Assembly: GCA_951406725.2 (NCBI GenBank)
Contig: OX597825.1
Span: 59,706,001-59,770,000, forward strand
Length of the DNA: 64,000 nucleotides
Origin: Octopus vulgaris
Lineage: Eukaryota
Reading direction: 5' to 3'
This document shows positions 27,271-42,795 of the stretch, one piece after another; the stretch's first letter is position 1; each line of letters begins with the position of its first letter. The notes under the pieces are model-generated. The model searched no databases. It had not been told where the DNA came from and saw only the letters and a program-made list of their open reading frames with translations. The position numbers and the translations under genes are program-made.

Positions 27271-27275
<5 letters not shown>
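27106..27275 (+). mobile_element. TA-flanked fold-back element, same family as 61158-61422
   Basis: Imperfect inverted arms 27106-27146/27155-27204, then tail taaatttcctttatttacataatattgaggtctctttctttcttttgttatctta, nearly identical to 61355-61410. Confidence 0.75.
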
Positions 27276-27305
<30 letters not shown>

Positions 27306-27974
27306 GCGGAAGAAGAGAGAGAAAGAGATATACGATCCAAAGCAGTAATATTTTTGACTCCCTGTAAGTGAGATATTTAATTACTGCTAACACAGACTCA
27401 CAGGTAGTCGGTGCTAGAGAAAAGTAAGCTGAACTATTTAATAAAAACTTTCCAAGATAAGTTTCCAAGAACCTAATTATTATTTCATTGTGGTTTTGAT
27501 AGTGTTAGGCATTTCTGAAGTTTTACGCTTCTTGTTCATGGTTTCTGACAACCGATGAGGGTGATCTCTAAGTGTATAAATTATAAATACTTGTTTAGTG
27601 CACATAAGCTTAGCTACTTCACTGGTAAATTATTTTAAGGAAGTTTATAGTTTAGCAATGTATAAAACAAATAAATAAAATAACAGACTGTGTAAAGTTT
27701 GAAGAGATAGGTTTTTGCTGGGTTAAGAATCGGATTTGAGCTTTTTATTCAAATCCTATTCTCTATTTTTCAGATATAAACTTTTAATGGAATTTAATAA
27801 TAAAAATGCAATTCACTTGAAAATATTTTGTTATGAACGTTTTCAAAAAGTGAAGAATACCAAAAAATTGGGACTATTCAAAAGTAAAAACCTGGAAAAG
27901 ATATATTTTTAGAGTGTGTAGGAGAAGCATAGCCATGCTACAATCATTCATTCCTTACGAATTCTGTTCTTTTA

Positions 27975-28174
27975 TTCGTTTATTCTTTTACTTGTTTCAG
28001 TCATTTTGACTATGACCATGCTCGAGCACCGTCTTTAGTCTAGCAAATCTATCCCAGGACTTATTCTTTGTAAGCCTGGTACTTATTCTATTGGTCTCTT
28101 TGCCGAACCGCTAATTTATAGGCACGTAAACACACTAGCATCGGTTGTCAAGCGATGCTGCGACACACACACAA

Positions 28175-28226
<52 letters not shown>

Positions 28227-28390
28227 GACGGGCTTCTTTCAGTTTCCGTTTACCAAGTCCGCTCACAAGGCTTTGGTCGGCCCGAGGCTATAGTAGAAGA
28301 CACTTACCCAAGGTGCCACGCAGTGGGACTGAACCCAGAACCATGTGGCTGGTAAGCAAGCTAATTGCCACACAGCCACTCTTGCGCCTA
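27975..28390 (-). mobile_element. SINE group B, full length
   Basis: Minus-strand head ggcgcaagagtggctgtgtgg..gggttcagtcccactgcgtggcacc; internal CA/TA repeat; tail ggtgctcgagcatggtcatagtcaaaatgactgaaacaagtaaaagaataaa. Confidence 0.88.
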
Positions 28391-28819
28391 TTCTATATTT
28401 TAGAAATATATATTTTTCTGTTATTTATATTTTAGACATTAAACTCTTTCCTTATACAATTTTAATTATAACTATCTCATTCACCTCAATTTGATTGGCA
28501 TACATCAAATATTAACGATTCAATAAGTCAGGAGTCAATAAGAGCTGCAAGTAAGTAAATTGCGAAAGTCATTGAAGTTATTTAAATATTATTTTTTGTT
28601 GTTTTATTAGCACTTAAGCTAAATAAAAATATTAATTGAAAACTTGATGCTTTAAATTATATACAGTCAATATATAATACATAAGTGATAAAAGAAGATA
28701 CTTTCTGAGATATTTCATTATTTAACAAAAAATAATTCAATCTCTTGACATAATTTATCTTCATAGCTTAACCTAATTTGGATAGATGATGAGTTACGCG
28801 GTCTGTAATACTTTCGATA

Positions 28820-29143
28820 GTGATGGAGCGTGGCTTAGTGGATAGGGCATTCGGCTTGCCAGCGTAAGGTCGAGAGTTCAATTCTTGGTGGTGCGTTATG
28901 TCCTTGATAAAGACACTTTATTTCTCGTTGCTTCACCTCACTCAGCTGGCAAAATTAAGTTGTAACTGTAATTCAAAGGGCCATCCTTGCCACATTTGGT
29001 GTCAGGCTGAATCTCTTCGTGAACTATGTTAAATGCACGTGTATCCGTAGAGTGCTCAGCCACTTACACGCTAATTTCATGGCCAAGCAGTTCTGTTGAT
29101 CAGATCATCTGGAAAACTCGTCGTCGTAACAGACGGAGTGCCA
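28820..29143 (+). mobile_element. SINE group C (second head type)
   Basis: tggcttagtggatagggcattcggc..gagttcaattc head; group C 3' half. Confidence 0.85.
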
Positions 29144-29214
29144 CTTAAATTTTATGGATGATTTTGTCCCTATTGACTGATATCAGAAAGTAATTTTGCT
29201 TTAGAGATACTGAA

Positions 29215-29298
<84 letters not shown>

Positions 29299-31579
29299 TT
29301 ATCTATCTAAGTTAAAACACAATCCTGTATGGTGCAGTTCCGTACAATATTTCGTCTTCCCAGTTTTGTCCACATTAACAGTAGAAGGTATTTTGGATCA
29401 GAGTCCTTCAGATTTGGTTTAAAACTACATCTAGTTAAAGTTACAAAAATATCTATTTTCCTATCTAGTAGTACAGTGTGATTACGACGAAGTCTTAATC
29501 CTGCTGTAGCATTAAATTGGGTTAAGACAATTTTATGTTGTTTTTTACACATGAAATAATTGGCGTTATTGAAATACCATTTTACTATTGCAAGACTCTT
29601 GTGACAAATGTTTGATTACTTGTATTCAATTCTTTTGTAAGGCAGTAATAACCAAATGCTAATCACTGTCTCTCCGTCTCTCTCACTATCTCCCCCCTCT
29701 CTCTCTGGTGACACTAAAATACTATACCAACAAACAAATTAGATTCCAATGATATATGTTAAGCGTCATTAACATGCAGGCAATAGAATTTATACAATAA
29801 CAAAATCTTCACGAAGAAAGAATGTTTAAAATAACAAAATCTTCGCGAAGACAGATTTTGTGGTAAGCTCCTTTTATCATAAAAAAAGCAGATAAAAAGA
29901 GAAGAAAATATTTTGCGTCCTCTTTCGGTCAATATAGTATTGTGAACCTTCTTCAGTACCATACCATCTTTTACCAAATACTGTATCACAAAATCCATTT
30001 GGTGAAAGTGGGATACGGTACAATATTTTAATCACACAGAGTACCAGTGGTTTATTATTCATATCTTAAGATAGTATCCAATCTAGCATGTGATACATTG
30101 TAGATATTTAGATGTAGTAGTACCAAGCAAGAACTGGGATCATCGTAATCAATTTTGGAAGTGGTTTGTTTTAAAAATATATTGTGGTTACGATTTACTT
30201 ACGATCTTTGTGCCCTGCGTACAAGTTCTGCTCAGGTCATTCATTCCTCAGTGGTTGATAATATAAAATATCATTTAAGTAAATGGGTGGAATTTTATTA
30301 TCATAAATCATCCTAAAGGTGACCAATTTTTCCTTGGGCACTCCTAGGTTTTTATTATTCCAATGATTGAGCAAGATACGACTGCTATTTCTATCAGGTT
30401 AATTGGTAATGTATAGAAACTACCTCGCTCCCTCATAGAATTCAATATATTAGTCTGAATCAAGAACTGAAATCCTATTGCAGAATTTGCTTTCGAAACG
30501 AATGACTCCAATACCACTTAGCATCCAAGCAGCAACGCAATACAATTGTTACTAATCCAACCAGAAAGATTTATTGCTGTTTTATGGAGCTGAAATCCTC
30601 TTCCAATTAAAAGCTTTATAATTCGAAATCCTACGGCATTCCAGTTCAGTATTGTAACCTTTAGCTCGATCAAATAAGTGGTACTTGGAAATCCATTTCT
30701 TTCAATATTGCTATTCAAATAAACTGAAAGATGTTCGCTTTAGCTTATGCGAAACGGTTGTTGAGTGAACTTTGACCATGTTTCTTGTTTAATATTAATA
30801 GTGATTTTGTTCTACAATATGCCCAGCAGAAAGTTTATGGAAAGTTTCCAGAAGCAAGTTAAGTTTCTATTATTCTTCCCCGACTCGAAATCAATGTTTA
30901 TCTTCAGCGAAATTCTTAATTTTTAGATTTATTAATGTTGACAGTTTCATACACGTACCTGGAAAGGCTTCCACTTTTGCTCTCCAAGATAATAAAAACA
31001 GAGCGAAAATATTGAAAGGACGTTAGCTGCATTTGCTGCTGCTATTTTAAGGTTGTGGTAGATGTCACAAATAGTGAAGTCTGAACAAAGAATAATAATT
31101 GTCATACATCAACTAAAGTAATGGTGAACTGACATACCATTTCAGAATCTATTAAATTATCTGCCGTATAGAACCCCTTGCTGCTTGATCAAAATTATAA
31201 AATCTCTCAACGGGATTTCGCTGTATTCTCACAGACTGTAAATTAGCTGTGATGCCAGTCGGTTTAAAGGACATTTACAATATTTCTATTTCATTTTACC
31301 ATCATTTTGATTAAGATAAAAGCATTCTAGATTAATGGTAAATGTTGAAAATATTAGTTATGCTTGAATATAAAAGACACTGACTTTTGAGCAATTGGAG
31401 TGGGAATAAATTAGAAATGAAAATAGTTATTCCTTGTCAGTGCTGCTTTCTATTATAGTTTATGTCCACTGGAGAAAGCAACGAAAATGCTGATAAAACA
31501 AACCATTTATGAACTTTTTCAATTCTGCCGATGCTTGCAGCTAAGGTCCTTTCCATCATTTAGCAATGATCATGGATCT

Positions 31580-31740
31580 TCGTCTACGTCGACGATGAAG
31601 ATTCAGTTGTTCAGTTGTTCAGTAAACTAAATTATCTGCTCCTGAATTAACACGTAATTAGCTAAGCATTCCACAGACACGTTTGCTCTTAAACTATATT
31701 CTCGGGGAGAATCAGTGTGATACAGTGAGTGACAAGGATC
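31580..31740 (-). mobile_element. Degraded SINE group C 3' part
   Basis: agcattccacagacacg..ttctcggggagaatcagtgtgatacagtgagtgacaagg matches 45399-45470. Confidence 0.7.
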
Positions 31741-32833
31741 TATAGGTTACCCAGTTTTTCTTACATAGTATTAGTCAACATGAGGTTACAGAAATTGATA
31801 TTTGTTTGATATACCACACAGTGGGGTCACACCCAGTATCTAGTGGTTGAAAAATATACTTAACTATTTGGCCATACTATACCTACTTAAACCTAGTAAT
31901 GTCAGTGAAACTTAAGTGGTTTGATTATAATCACAGCACAATCAGGGTTCAGATAGAGCCTCTCACAAATCATAGTCTATTGTCCTACGAAATAAAAACA
32001 TACTGAGACGCTGTAAAAAGTTAAGGTGACAAAGGTAGGATATTCATTGCATGAATATCATTGATTAATACTTGTACAGTGAGAGTTGATCACGGAGCTA
32101 AACAGCAACCACAACAAAAAAATCCAATGCTAAGATTTGAACAATTGATCCTTTGATTAGTTATCTGCTTGTGTATTGATTACATATACATTTTTATTGA
32201 TGAATATTTCACACCGTCCCATCTCAACATTTGATCAATCTTCAGTGTTGAAACTTGATATTGATTTTATAGCATTAGACGAAGGTTGAAAGTATTTTTG
32301 TGGAATGATAATAAATCTGTATCAAGTTTAGTACATAACTAGTGCTGGTACTTATCTTATTTATCGACCCATTTACCCCGGCTGGGTAAACTGGGTGAGG
32401 GCGTCTAATATTGAAAGTCTCAGACATGCCTGAGGCCCAAGAAACATCACTGATGATCATCCCAAAACGTCCTCGAGAGGTTTCTCAAAACTATATAATT
32501 GTTTGTTTTTATCTGAAGTTACAAATTAAAATCAGTTTAACATTAAACTAATGGAGTACTCAATAGTTTTAGTAGAGTAGCGGTTAATTTATTATTATAG
32601 TCTGACGATGGCAAACAAACAGGAATCTTGACGTCACTGACAACTTTTTCTTTATATACAATCAAAACAGTTTGATTCAAATTCGTTGGTACTCTTGAGT
32701 TTCAAGCATGATGCTTCAGCCATCTTGTATTTGAATGACGGACGTTGATTGTTATTACCGTAAGGTGGGCTGCGATTGGTCGACGAAAATTACGCGGTGT
32801 CGTAGTTTGATGTTGGTATATCGGTAACAGTTG

Positions 32834-32963
32834 CCTTTCATCCTTTCGAGGTCGATAAATTAAGTACCAGTTACGCACTGGGGTCGATGTAATCGACTTA
32901 ATACCTATGTCTGTCCTTGTTTGTCCCCTCTGTGTTTAGCCCCTTGTGGGTAATAAAGAAATA
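32834..32963 (+). mobile_element. 5'-truncated SINE group A with TSD
   Basis: Core cctttcatcctttcgaggtcgataaattaagtacc; 11-bp TSD ggtaacagttg at 32823-32833 and 32964-32974. Confidence 0.85.
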
Positions 32964-33599
32964 GGTAACAGTTGGAAAATACTGCATGGGGAACAGGAAA
33001 TCGACCGCATGGTCGACAGGAAATCGGCCAGATTGTTGGAGGGGAAGTAGCAAGGAGCAGTATGTGCAAGTATATGGTTGTATATGGGGGTGAGTAGATG
33101 CACAGTTATGGTTTTTGCGTGCTTGTCTATATGGATGCGAGCGTGCGCATCTGTACATGGGTGCGCACGTGCACGCCCACACACACATAGACACACACGA
33201 ACGAACATGTGTGCTCAGACACACATACAGACGCTGGCTCCAATATTCTACCTGTTTTATGTTTAAACAGACAATATCCAGTCTCTCACACTTACCCTAC
33301 AATATCATTCTAAAAATAAACAATTACATCATCAAGATATCAAACCTATAAGATAATGAATGAATGACTGAAAACAAGGTGAATAAAGAAGCATTACGCA
33401 TGGCAGCAATCTGAATGCTAAAGGGTAAATGCATTCACAAGCACCCTTCTTCACTAAACTTTATTGTACTCAATATCTAATTTTCAAATAATGAAAATAT
33501 CAAAAGAATTAACATAAAACCATCGCAATTTAACTGCCTTTCCATCTTAAACAATTCGCACCAAGACTTGCGTATACTCCACAGAACTAGTCTTTTCAG

Positions 33600-34250
33600 A
33601 TATATGTTTCTTTATTAGCCATACAGTGCTGAATACAGACGGGACAAATTACAAAGTAGAGCTTTTCTTTTTGGGGAGAAAAAAAAAAGTGGGGTAGGTT
33701 TTCGATCAAATGGGATCGTAAAAAGGAAAGAAGGCAAAAGAAAAAAATGATCAATAGGGATCGTGTATCAGAAATACCATGATGTAAAGTGTAAAGGGGG
33801 AAGCAGATAAGGTTTATCCGTGGAAAGACAAGCCTACGGAAAAGACCATGATAACCTCTGTCAATAATATCACATGTTAACACATTTATTTGCAAGTAAG
33901 TAACTCTGTTTTAAATTTTTCCGGGTTCACAGGATTATGCTCAAGGTGGCTTCGCCATTCATACGTGCCATCCTTGCTACATTCACCCATCTGTTTTTGA
34001 AGCGTTCGCTAGGGAAAACTTGCCTCCCTACTCTCACTTTCCTTTTCAAGGGATACTTGAAGAAGTTAATGAGAGATTGACCAGAGAAGAAAGTGTTTGT
34101 TTCTAATCATTTCAGGCGTGTCCACCAGATATATTCTTTCGCCATAGCCACAAGTATGATGAAAATAGCTCTTCCTTACCGTTTGAAGGAAGGAGGCGTG
34201 ACGATATTGACGATAGACTTGACTGATAAACCGACTCGTTCCACACGTGA
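33600..34250 (-). mobile_element. LINE ORF2 C-terminal fragment plus 3' UTR, probably L1/Tx1-like
   Basis: Minus strand translates SRVERVGLSVKSIVNIVTPPSFKR*GRAIFIILVAMAKEYIWWTRLK*..FFKYPLKRKVRV..FKNRW; T-rich UTR with AATAAA near 33612. Clade assignment is from recall, not alignment. Confidence 0.55.
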
Positions 34251-34564
34251 TCCACCTACCTAGCTACTACCTCAGACAACTTTTCGCGTCTCAGGCTGAT
34301 TAACAATTATTATAACAACACCTGTACATATCGATAACGAAAAGCAAAAATCGTTTTATAAACATAAATAGCAACACAATAGTATCTTTCCCATCAAGAC
34401 ATCAACACAAACGAAGCACTCAAGCATTATAAGTCTCAGAATAAGGCAACTATCAACTTAAATAACAAAAGATAAAATAATGAACATTAAAAAAGTGGAA
34501 AGCCGAGAGACACTAGTAATCAATATAAACTATAAAACTGAGAATAGCTCCTCATACAAAGTAA

Positions 34565-34730
34565 TATAGAGTTCAAATTTTGACACAAGGCCAGACATTA
34601 CAGGGGAGAGGTTACTTTGATCTCGTAAAGAAGAAATACAAAGTCATCATCAGCGAAATTTGAACTAAGAGTGTAAAGACGGACGAAATGCCACTGAACC
34701 AGCCCGGTGTCGATTCTGCCTGCTCGGTAC
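34565..34730 (-). mobile_element. Degraded SINE group A
   Basis: gaaatttgaactaagagtgtaaagacggacgaaatgcc..gattctgcctgctcg. Confidence 0.65.
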
Positions 34731-35600
34731 TTTCTCATACAGCGTTATATTAGCAACAAGCGTTTCAGTACATTTCATGCCATAACAGGCTCAAACGATA
34801 TGTCTACCCTTTAAAACCAAGTAAATACACTTTATCGTACAATTCTTGAAACTCAGCCACCAAAATTCACACAAAGACAGAGACACAAACCGAAAACTGT
34901 TAACTTTCTACTTATATATTTGATTAATATAGATTTATTCCGATCTCAAACATTTATTTTGATGAGGAGAAAAATCTGTTTTTTACACAGATACAAGGCT
35001 AAACAATTTTGCAAAAGGACAAACTCAAACTGATTCTAGTAATTAAGCGGTAATTTATTAACGTCGAAAGGATGGAAAGCAAATTTGATACACTTCAGCA
35101 GAATAGTATGATAGAATAATAAAATGTGTAACTAATCCAATTCTTACATCTACTGGTCTCTGTTCACTTTAATTATAAATGTGAGTTTGTTTCATTGATT
35201 TTGATAGTGTTGAATATATTAAATTCCAAGAATGGCTCACTTCCTAAGAAAAAAATCATTAAATTTCTAATAATGTTCTAAGTTTCTTTTGCAATATAGT
35301 TGTACAATTGCATCATGCAAACCCAAGAGATGTTACAGCTCTACTTCATATAACTTTTGAGAGCCAAACTGGTTTATATGAGTTTCACATTTTGAAAACC
35401 AATATGTCATTTTTATTGGGCAACATCTTAAATGTCACTTAAAGGTAATACGAATTGTAAAGTGAGAGAAAAAATTATAAAAAATTATAAAATTATAAAA
35501 AAGCAAACATAACGTAACATATAAGTCATCCTGGCATAACTTTGTTTTATTTTATTTTAGGCTAAAAATGAAAGTTATAAATTTATCTCAATTTTGAAAC

Positions 35601-35637
<37 letters not shown>

Positions 35638-35701
35638 ATGTACATATATATGTATATATAAATAAATATATATACATATATATATACACACACACACATT
35701 T

Positions 35702-35747
<46 letters not shown>

Positions 35748-38700
35748 ACATGCTCACACACATATATATTTATGTATGTGTGTGTGCATATGTATTGATA
35801 CACACGCACCGACATCAATATATCTGTATCTATATATCTGTGTGTGTATATCTATTAAAAGGAGAAACGTGACAAAGTTTCTGAATGCAACGAAATTAAG
35901 TGATACAAATGTGAATCAATGCAAAATAGAATCAAGTTATTATGGGTTTTTTTCTAGAATAAAGATGTAGGCTGTGAAAAAGATTGAAAAAGATAACATT
36001 TTCTTACTTTTGAAAACAAATCCAAATCTAAAATAAATTGTTTTCTTGTGTTTCTATATTTACGTGTTCTCCGAAACTCTAAAGGTCATGATACACGTAA
36101 AAGTAAGTTTTCTTAAAACTGTTGACCTGAAGACCTATTTCGAACTTTTTTAAATATTGTGTTCTCCCTGAAGAATAAAAATCATTTGAAGCAGAAAATG
36201 ACATTTGCAATTTTAGCTTGTAACTACCAATGTGGAAGGCAGCACATGCCTGCTGTTCATTCCATTTCAGTAAGGAATTAAAACAATATATAAATTAAAA
36301 TGAATATTTGATGCAGAAAAGCTCTCAGGAAACTGGAAATTGTGGAATTATTAAGAGCAAAATTTTCTAACTAGCATACTTTAAAATATAAAAACAGCAA
36401 TAAAACAACAGGAAGTTTTTACACATGAAAAATGTTAATGTTTGTGAAAAGAGTAATCATTTGAGGTTTAGTGTAGAAGGAAAAAATATCACGTGCTAAG
36501 CTTGACATTTAGAAATTATGCAATAATTTATCAAAAGTATTCTTTATAAGAAACCTTGAAACTTTAGGTTTATATTTTTGTGGAGTAATTGCGTTGTGCA
36601 TATTTTTATTTCGTCCCCTAACACATATTGTCTTTCTGTGAGAGAACAGGGGTCGATTGGAATGAATCGTAGTGTACAAATATTTGTTAATACGTGTCAT
36701 ATATTGAAAACCGAGACATGTCATGCAAAACCTGACCATATCCCATAGAGACAAAGATATCGGAAAATTCTCTAGTATTGCCATATCTTTATTATTTTCC
36801 CCGAAAGCACACAGATAAAATACAAGAGAAACAATCTTGTACTGCACGAAAAACACGTAGGCATGAAGAGCATTTAAATAAATTCCTCAAATCGGTACAA
36901 ATGATTGTTGAAACTCTTTCCAAACAATTTCGTATCACATGCGCTTTAAAGCAAAATCTGTATTCCTACCAAACTGTCTTACTGTTTAGGAAGAGAAAAT
37001 ATTTTAGCTTATAGCTTACTCTATACGAACCATAGTTGAGAACAACAACAGAAAACTGTTGACGATAATGCTGTTGTACATCTGAGCATAAATATCGGTG
37101 TCAAGGACACTAAATCATCGCAGTTACTTGCTAGCTCACTTCAAGATTAAGTCCTAAGTGTGTTCACTTTAGTATGTCTCACACAATGCAGTGTCTCGTA
37201 CTCCTTGGAAGTGACTAATGTCATACCACCTCCATAGAGGCATTCTTGATTCACTCGCATCGCGTCATTTCACGGCCTATATTACGTCAATTCCATCAGG
37301 TTAAGAGCTCCTGACTATGAGCATTGCACGTTCTTTAAAGCGTAAACGGTTTTGCTAAAGATCCTTGCCCATGTATTTCTGTCTTCACCAAACTGCCGCT
37401 ACACAAACAGACACACACACGTATGTATGTATGTATGTATGTATGTATGTATGTATGTATGTATGTATGTATGTATGTATGTATGTATGTATGTACGTAC
37501 GTACGTATGTATGTATGTATGTATGGATGTATGTATGTATGTATGTATGTATGTATGTATGTATGTATGTATAGTTAATCCAAACATGAACAAAGAGAAA
37601 ATACAACAACGCGAGGACGTGGAACAAGTATAGTGTTATTGGACGCTCAGGAAAGGAATGTATGTATGTATGTATGTATGTATGTATGTATGTATGTATG
37701 TATGTATGTATGTATCTATTTATCTATCTATCTGATACGAGAGCAGAATAAAACAGGAGCTATAGTTTACTGCGTTATGCAACATCATAAATTAGCTCTG
37801 TGGGGCACAATGAGTAATATTTATGCATCTTTTATTTTGAGAAAAACGTATGTTCGAAAATTGTTGACTACATCGCAAAACAAGTATTAAAAATGCTATA
37901 AAATATTTATATTTAGAACAGTATTTCAGAAAATCATCCGCGTTCATTTTGAGAATACAAGGACATCCTTAGGCGGGGCAAAATCAGTAGGACATAAAAG
38001 TAATTTCTTTTTTTCAGTTCTTCAAAATTACATTTGCTAAAAGACACGTACACACCAATATTTCTCCTTAGATATCAGAAAGACCAGAAATGCAACATTA
38101 AAAATATCTGGGTCGAATGAAAGAGGATCATGGAAAACTTGTACATCATATGAGATCCAAAGACTCAACATAAAATATTCTCTATAGCTTATTCACAATC
38201 TGCAGGTGTGTCTCACCTCCTGATATATTTAGGTCACAAGCACTGAAATAAGCAGACATAATTGAAATTACTCATTACTTATTTTGCTTCTCTTTACACA
38301 TCATCTTTTGATAATTCAAAATCGAAGCTTAAAAATGATCAAATTGGACATTTGTGATGGAGAAAAATGATTTGGAATCCAACAGAGAAAATGAATTTCG
38401 ATGTTAAACACCAAAACGTATCCAGATATTTTATTAGCAACCTCAATTAAAATGGGGTCAAATTCATGGAACAAAATGTTTGAATAAGAGGCACCTGTCA
38501 CCTGATTATATCTTAAACTCTCTGAACTTCAATAACAACAACAAAAACAACAAAATGCTGACCAACGTTTGCTCCCAAAGATGATGCAGCAGTACAAAAT
38601 GATGGTACAATACCTGAAATGTACTAATTTCAAAGAGATAAAGAAACAATAAGAAATCAGAACTTACTCGTTCTACACCACTTAACTATACAGTTCCATC

Positions 38701-38937
38701 ACACTATATGTTATAACAATGCATTAAGTAAAATCCTTTTTGTTCTGCTCTCGGATTTGCACTCAGTAAATAATTCAAAATTATATAATATATAAAGAAA
38801 ATCGGAAGATAAACTATGCCTAATACTTGATCGGAATTTGGATATACATATATTCTTTTGGAGTTCAATGCGCTGTTTCATCGTTATGCTACCACATTCA
38901 AAATATCAGTCTTTCATGCATGTACATAAATACATGC

Positions 38938-38986
<49 letters not shown>

Positions 38987-39399
38987 ACTACACTCACAGA
39001 TGTATATATATATATATATATATATACAAACAGAAAATATTGCCTAGTATGCGCTATTTCAAAAGACCGAAAAGTGTGATATAAAAGAAAATTGTTTCTT
39101 ATTTCTAGCAAGGGTAGACAAGTGCTTGAAAGCCAGGCCTATGAGTCAGCCATGAGTATCACGCTCAAAGCAATTTTTACTGACAATAATCTGCCATCTT
39201 TGTTTATTTGTTTGTTTCTTATTTTTTTCATACACTCTTTTCTTTGCCAGTAAATTCAGAGAACCGGAGGACAAGATACTAGCATTTTATCCGCGATTCT
39301 TTCATCATCTTTATTAATGTGATATTTATTTGTGGTAAGAAGCCAAGAAGACAACTGGCTGCTACAATCTATTGTTCTAGTATTGCCAGAAAGTTGTTT

Positions 39400-39806
<407 letters not shown>

Positions 39807-40177
39807 AAAAAGCAAGACAACATCAGCAACAAGAGCAAGAAGAAAGTGAGATGGCAACGATTACGAGTAAGTTTCTTATGACCAACCAAGCATTTAAAAG
39901 ATAAATATAATTCACAAGCTTCACTTCCCATCAGTGTATTATCGGCATTTATTGTTGCTTCTTTCCGATTTTTTTTTATCCTCTCCCTCTATTGTTATAT
40001 TATGTCTGACAATCTCTTTTATTGATGAAGCATCAAAGGTAGACAGAGAAAATAACAGAGAAAGACAGGAGATGAAAGTGGACAAACAGCTATTTTGATT
40101 TCTTTTTTTAAAACTATTTTTTGTGTTGAGCTAAAGAATTAGGATACTGGATGCCTCATTTTGTTAATGTAAGTTTG

Positions 40178-40247
<70 letters not shown>

Positions 40248-40379
40248 GGTATGCATATATGTATAGATATATGTGTGTGTATATGCATGTACTTACGTAT
40301 ACATGGTATGTGAGAGTATATATACATATATATACATACGTATACATATGAAATATATACTCACACGCATACACATACA

Positions 40380-40444
<65 letters not shown>

Positions 40445-40610
40445 GTACATATACGATAATAACAATTATGTTTATATGTATATAGCTGCATATTATGGTA
40501 TATTGCTTATCCCTCTAATTCTTGCTGTCTCTGGCTCTGTCTGTATGTCTGTCTGTATGTCTGTCTGTCTCTTTCTGTATATATCTAAATATATATATAT
40601 ATATATATAT

Positions 40611-40649
<39 letters not shown>

Positions 40650-40658
40650 CTGAGGGGA

Positions 40659-40700
<42 letters not shown>

Positions 40701-41175
40701 AGTGAGAGAAATATAGTCATAAAATGAGATGCATCTATACACAAATGTACACTTACATAACTTTGGCTAGAGTACATATGTACATACTTTCAGAGACGTA
40801 AACTTATTTTCATTATAATTTTTTTATATATTGTAGTTTAACTCTCACGAGTGCACCCAAGCACAGTCATATGAATTGTATACACACACACATGTACACA
40901 CACATACATGCACGCACACACGTATATATACAAAGTTAGTTATACATGTATATATAGGTATACATACACACATAAATACACAGACACACAGACACACACA
41001 CATGCACACAAACACACACATATATAAGAAAAAATGGGGTTTAAAAAGCCTGGCAAATATCAATGAAGCACGAAGTATATTAGAATAAGGTTCAACAATC
41101 AAATACTAGTAAATGTAAGTTGAATACAAATCCCAGGTAAATCCTCATGCATGACAGGTAAATCTAGGCGTAGTA

Positions 41176-42024
41176 AAAATGTATCCGATCTTTGGTTAAA
41201 CAACAAGTAACATTAAAAAACTGACCGTTTTAATTTAGTCCCCTTGAATTTATTCGCTTTGGGGGGGTCTATACTCTTCTGCCAGCGTTCCTGCCACTGC
41301 TGGAAACATTTCTGGAAATCCCTTTTTGTGCTGCTGTAGAGCTGTGCCGTCGAAATTTGCTTAATGTCTTCTTTTGACTCAAATATTCTCCCATTGAGTG
41401 TTTTTTTTTTTGGAGCTTTGGGAACAGCCAAAAGTCAGAGGGATCCAAGTCTGCGGAGCAGGAAGCCCGACAAACAAGCGGTGTGTTTTGTTTGACGAGG
41501 AATGCTTGGACGACGTGGGCGGAATGCTCGGGGGTTTGTCATGGTGGAGGTGTCAGTTCTTTGCTGCCCAAACAGTCACACGATGGTCTTCATAGACTCT
41601 TCCTCGAACCTTTGCGATCATGACGTCGTTTCTGCTAGTCGGTGGTCGGCCACAACGTGGCTCACCGTTCACTGAGGTGCAGTCATCTTTGAACCGGTTC
41701 TATCACTTCTTCATTTATAGGTTTTTCCATAGTATCATCTCCAAAGGCCTTCTGAATCTTCTCAATAATCTGGGTTTGTGTATCACCATGTTTGTGGCAG
41801 AATGTAATACAGTATATTTGCTAAATTGGAAAAATCGCACAGTACACTCTTCACGCGTGTACTCAACGCGTCACTGCGGGCAGACGGCGCAACCTATAGA
41901 AACGAAAATTTTTGTTCGTGCTCAGAAAGGACACGACCACTTAATACTTATCCGGATTTTGCTCGTGCATTATTATTTTGTGCAAAACGATCAAGGTCGG
42001 ATACTATTTGTTTACACCTCGTAT
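41176..42024 (-). mobile_element. Internally deleted mariner remnant
   Basis: Minus-strand IIEKIQKAFGDDTM, NRFKDDCTSVNGEPRCGRP, LNGRIFESKEDIK..FQKCFQQWQERWQK; end ..acacctcgta. Confidence 0.78.
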
Positions 42025-42097
42025 ATACGAAGAAAATCATATCTTTATTTTAGATCACACCCTAATAATCCAACAATTGTTTCAATAGCATCAATAC

Positions 42098-42194
<97 letters not shown>

Positions 42195-42760
42195 GTTATT
42201 AAAATCAATAACGGTATCTACGGAAATATATGTCAGCACAATATTATCAAGGTAATCCAAATTGGTTAAATTTCAACTGAACATCTGAAAAAATTGCATA
42301 AGATTCTAAAATATTATTGTATGAAAGGAGTTTCTAAAATCTATTAGGTGGAGCAGAAACATGGACGTTCGAATGACAGCAAAAACAACAAAAATTAAAA
42401 TGACATATCATGCGTTCTACATAATTTGGTAGATTTGTAGGGGCGCCATCATGGTACAAGGTGTCTTTTAGGAAGCTAAAACTTGCTGGAACCTGTCCTG
42501 ACAATCAATTTCTCACATAGGGATTGGACAAGGAGATAGAGATAAAGAAAATGTTCAGAGAAAGACAAGACTCAACTGAAGTATTTGAGTGGTGCTTACT
42601 TATTTACTTCAGAAGGATGTAAGTACAGAGCCGGAACGATTGCTGCAAACCAATCTATCTGATGTCTTAACGACTCTGCCAATACGCATTGTTTCATAAA
42701 TACATGCATACATACACACACATACAAACATATACATATATATGCGTATATGTATGTATG

Positions 42761-42795
<35 letters not shown>

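Noticed and set aside
27547-27575. gacaa-CCGATGA resembling the variant hammerhead 5' half
   Set aside because: No matching GAAA, stem III or stem I partner found downstream
29759-30730. Short ORFs in unique-looking sequence
   Set aside because: No recognisable domain; lengths are compatible with chance
32440-32510. CTGATGA with nearby hairpins on the plus strand
   Set aside because: Needs several assumed mutations to build a core
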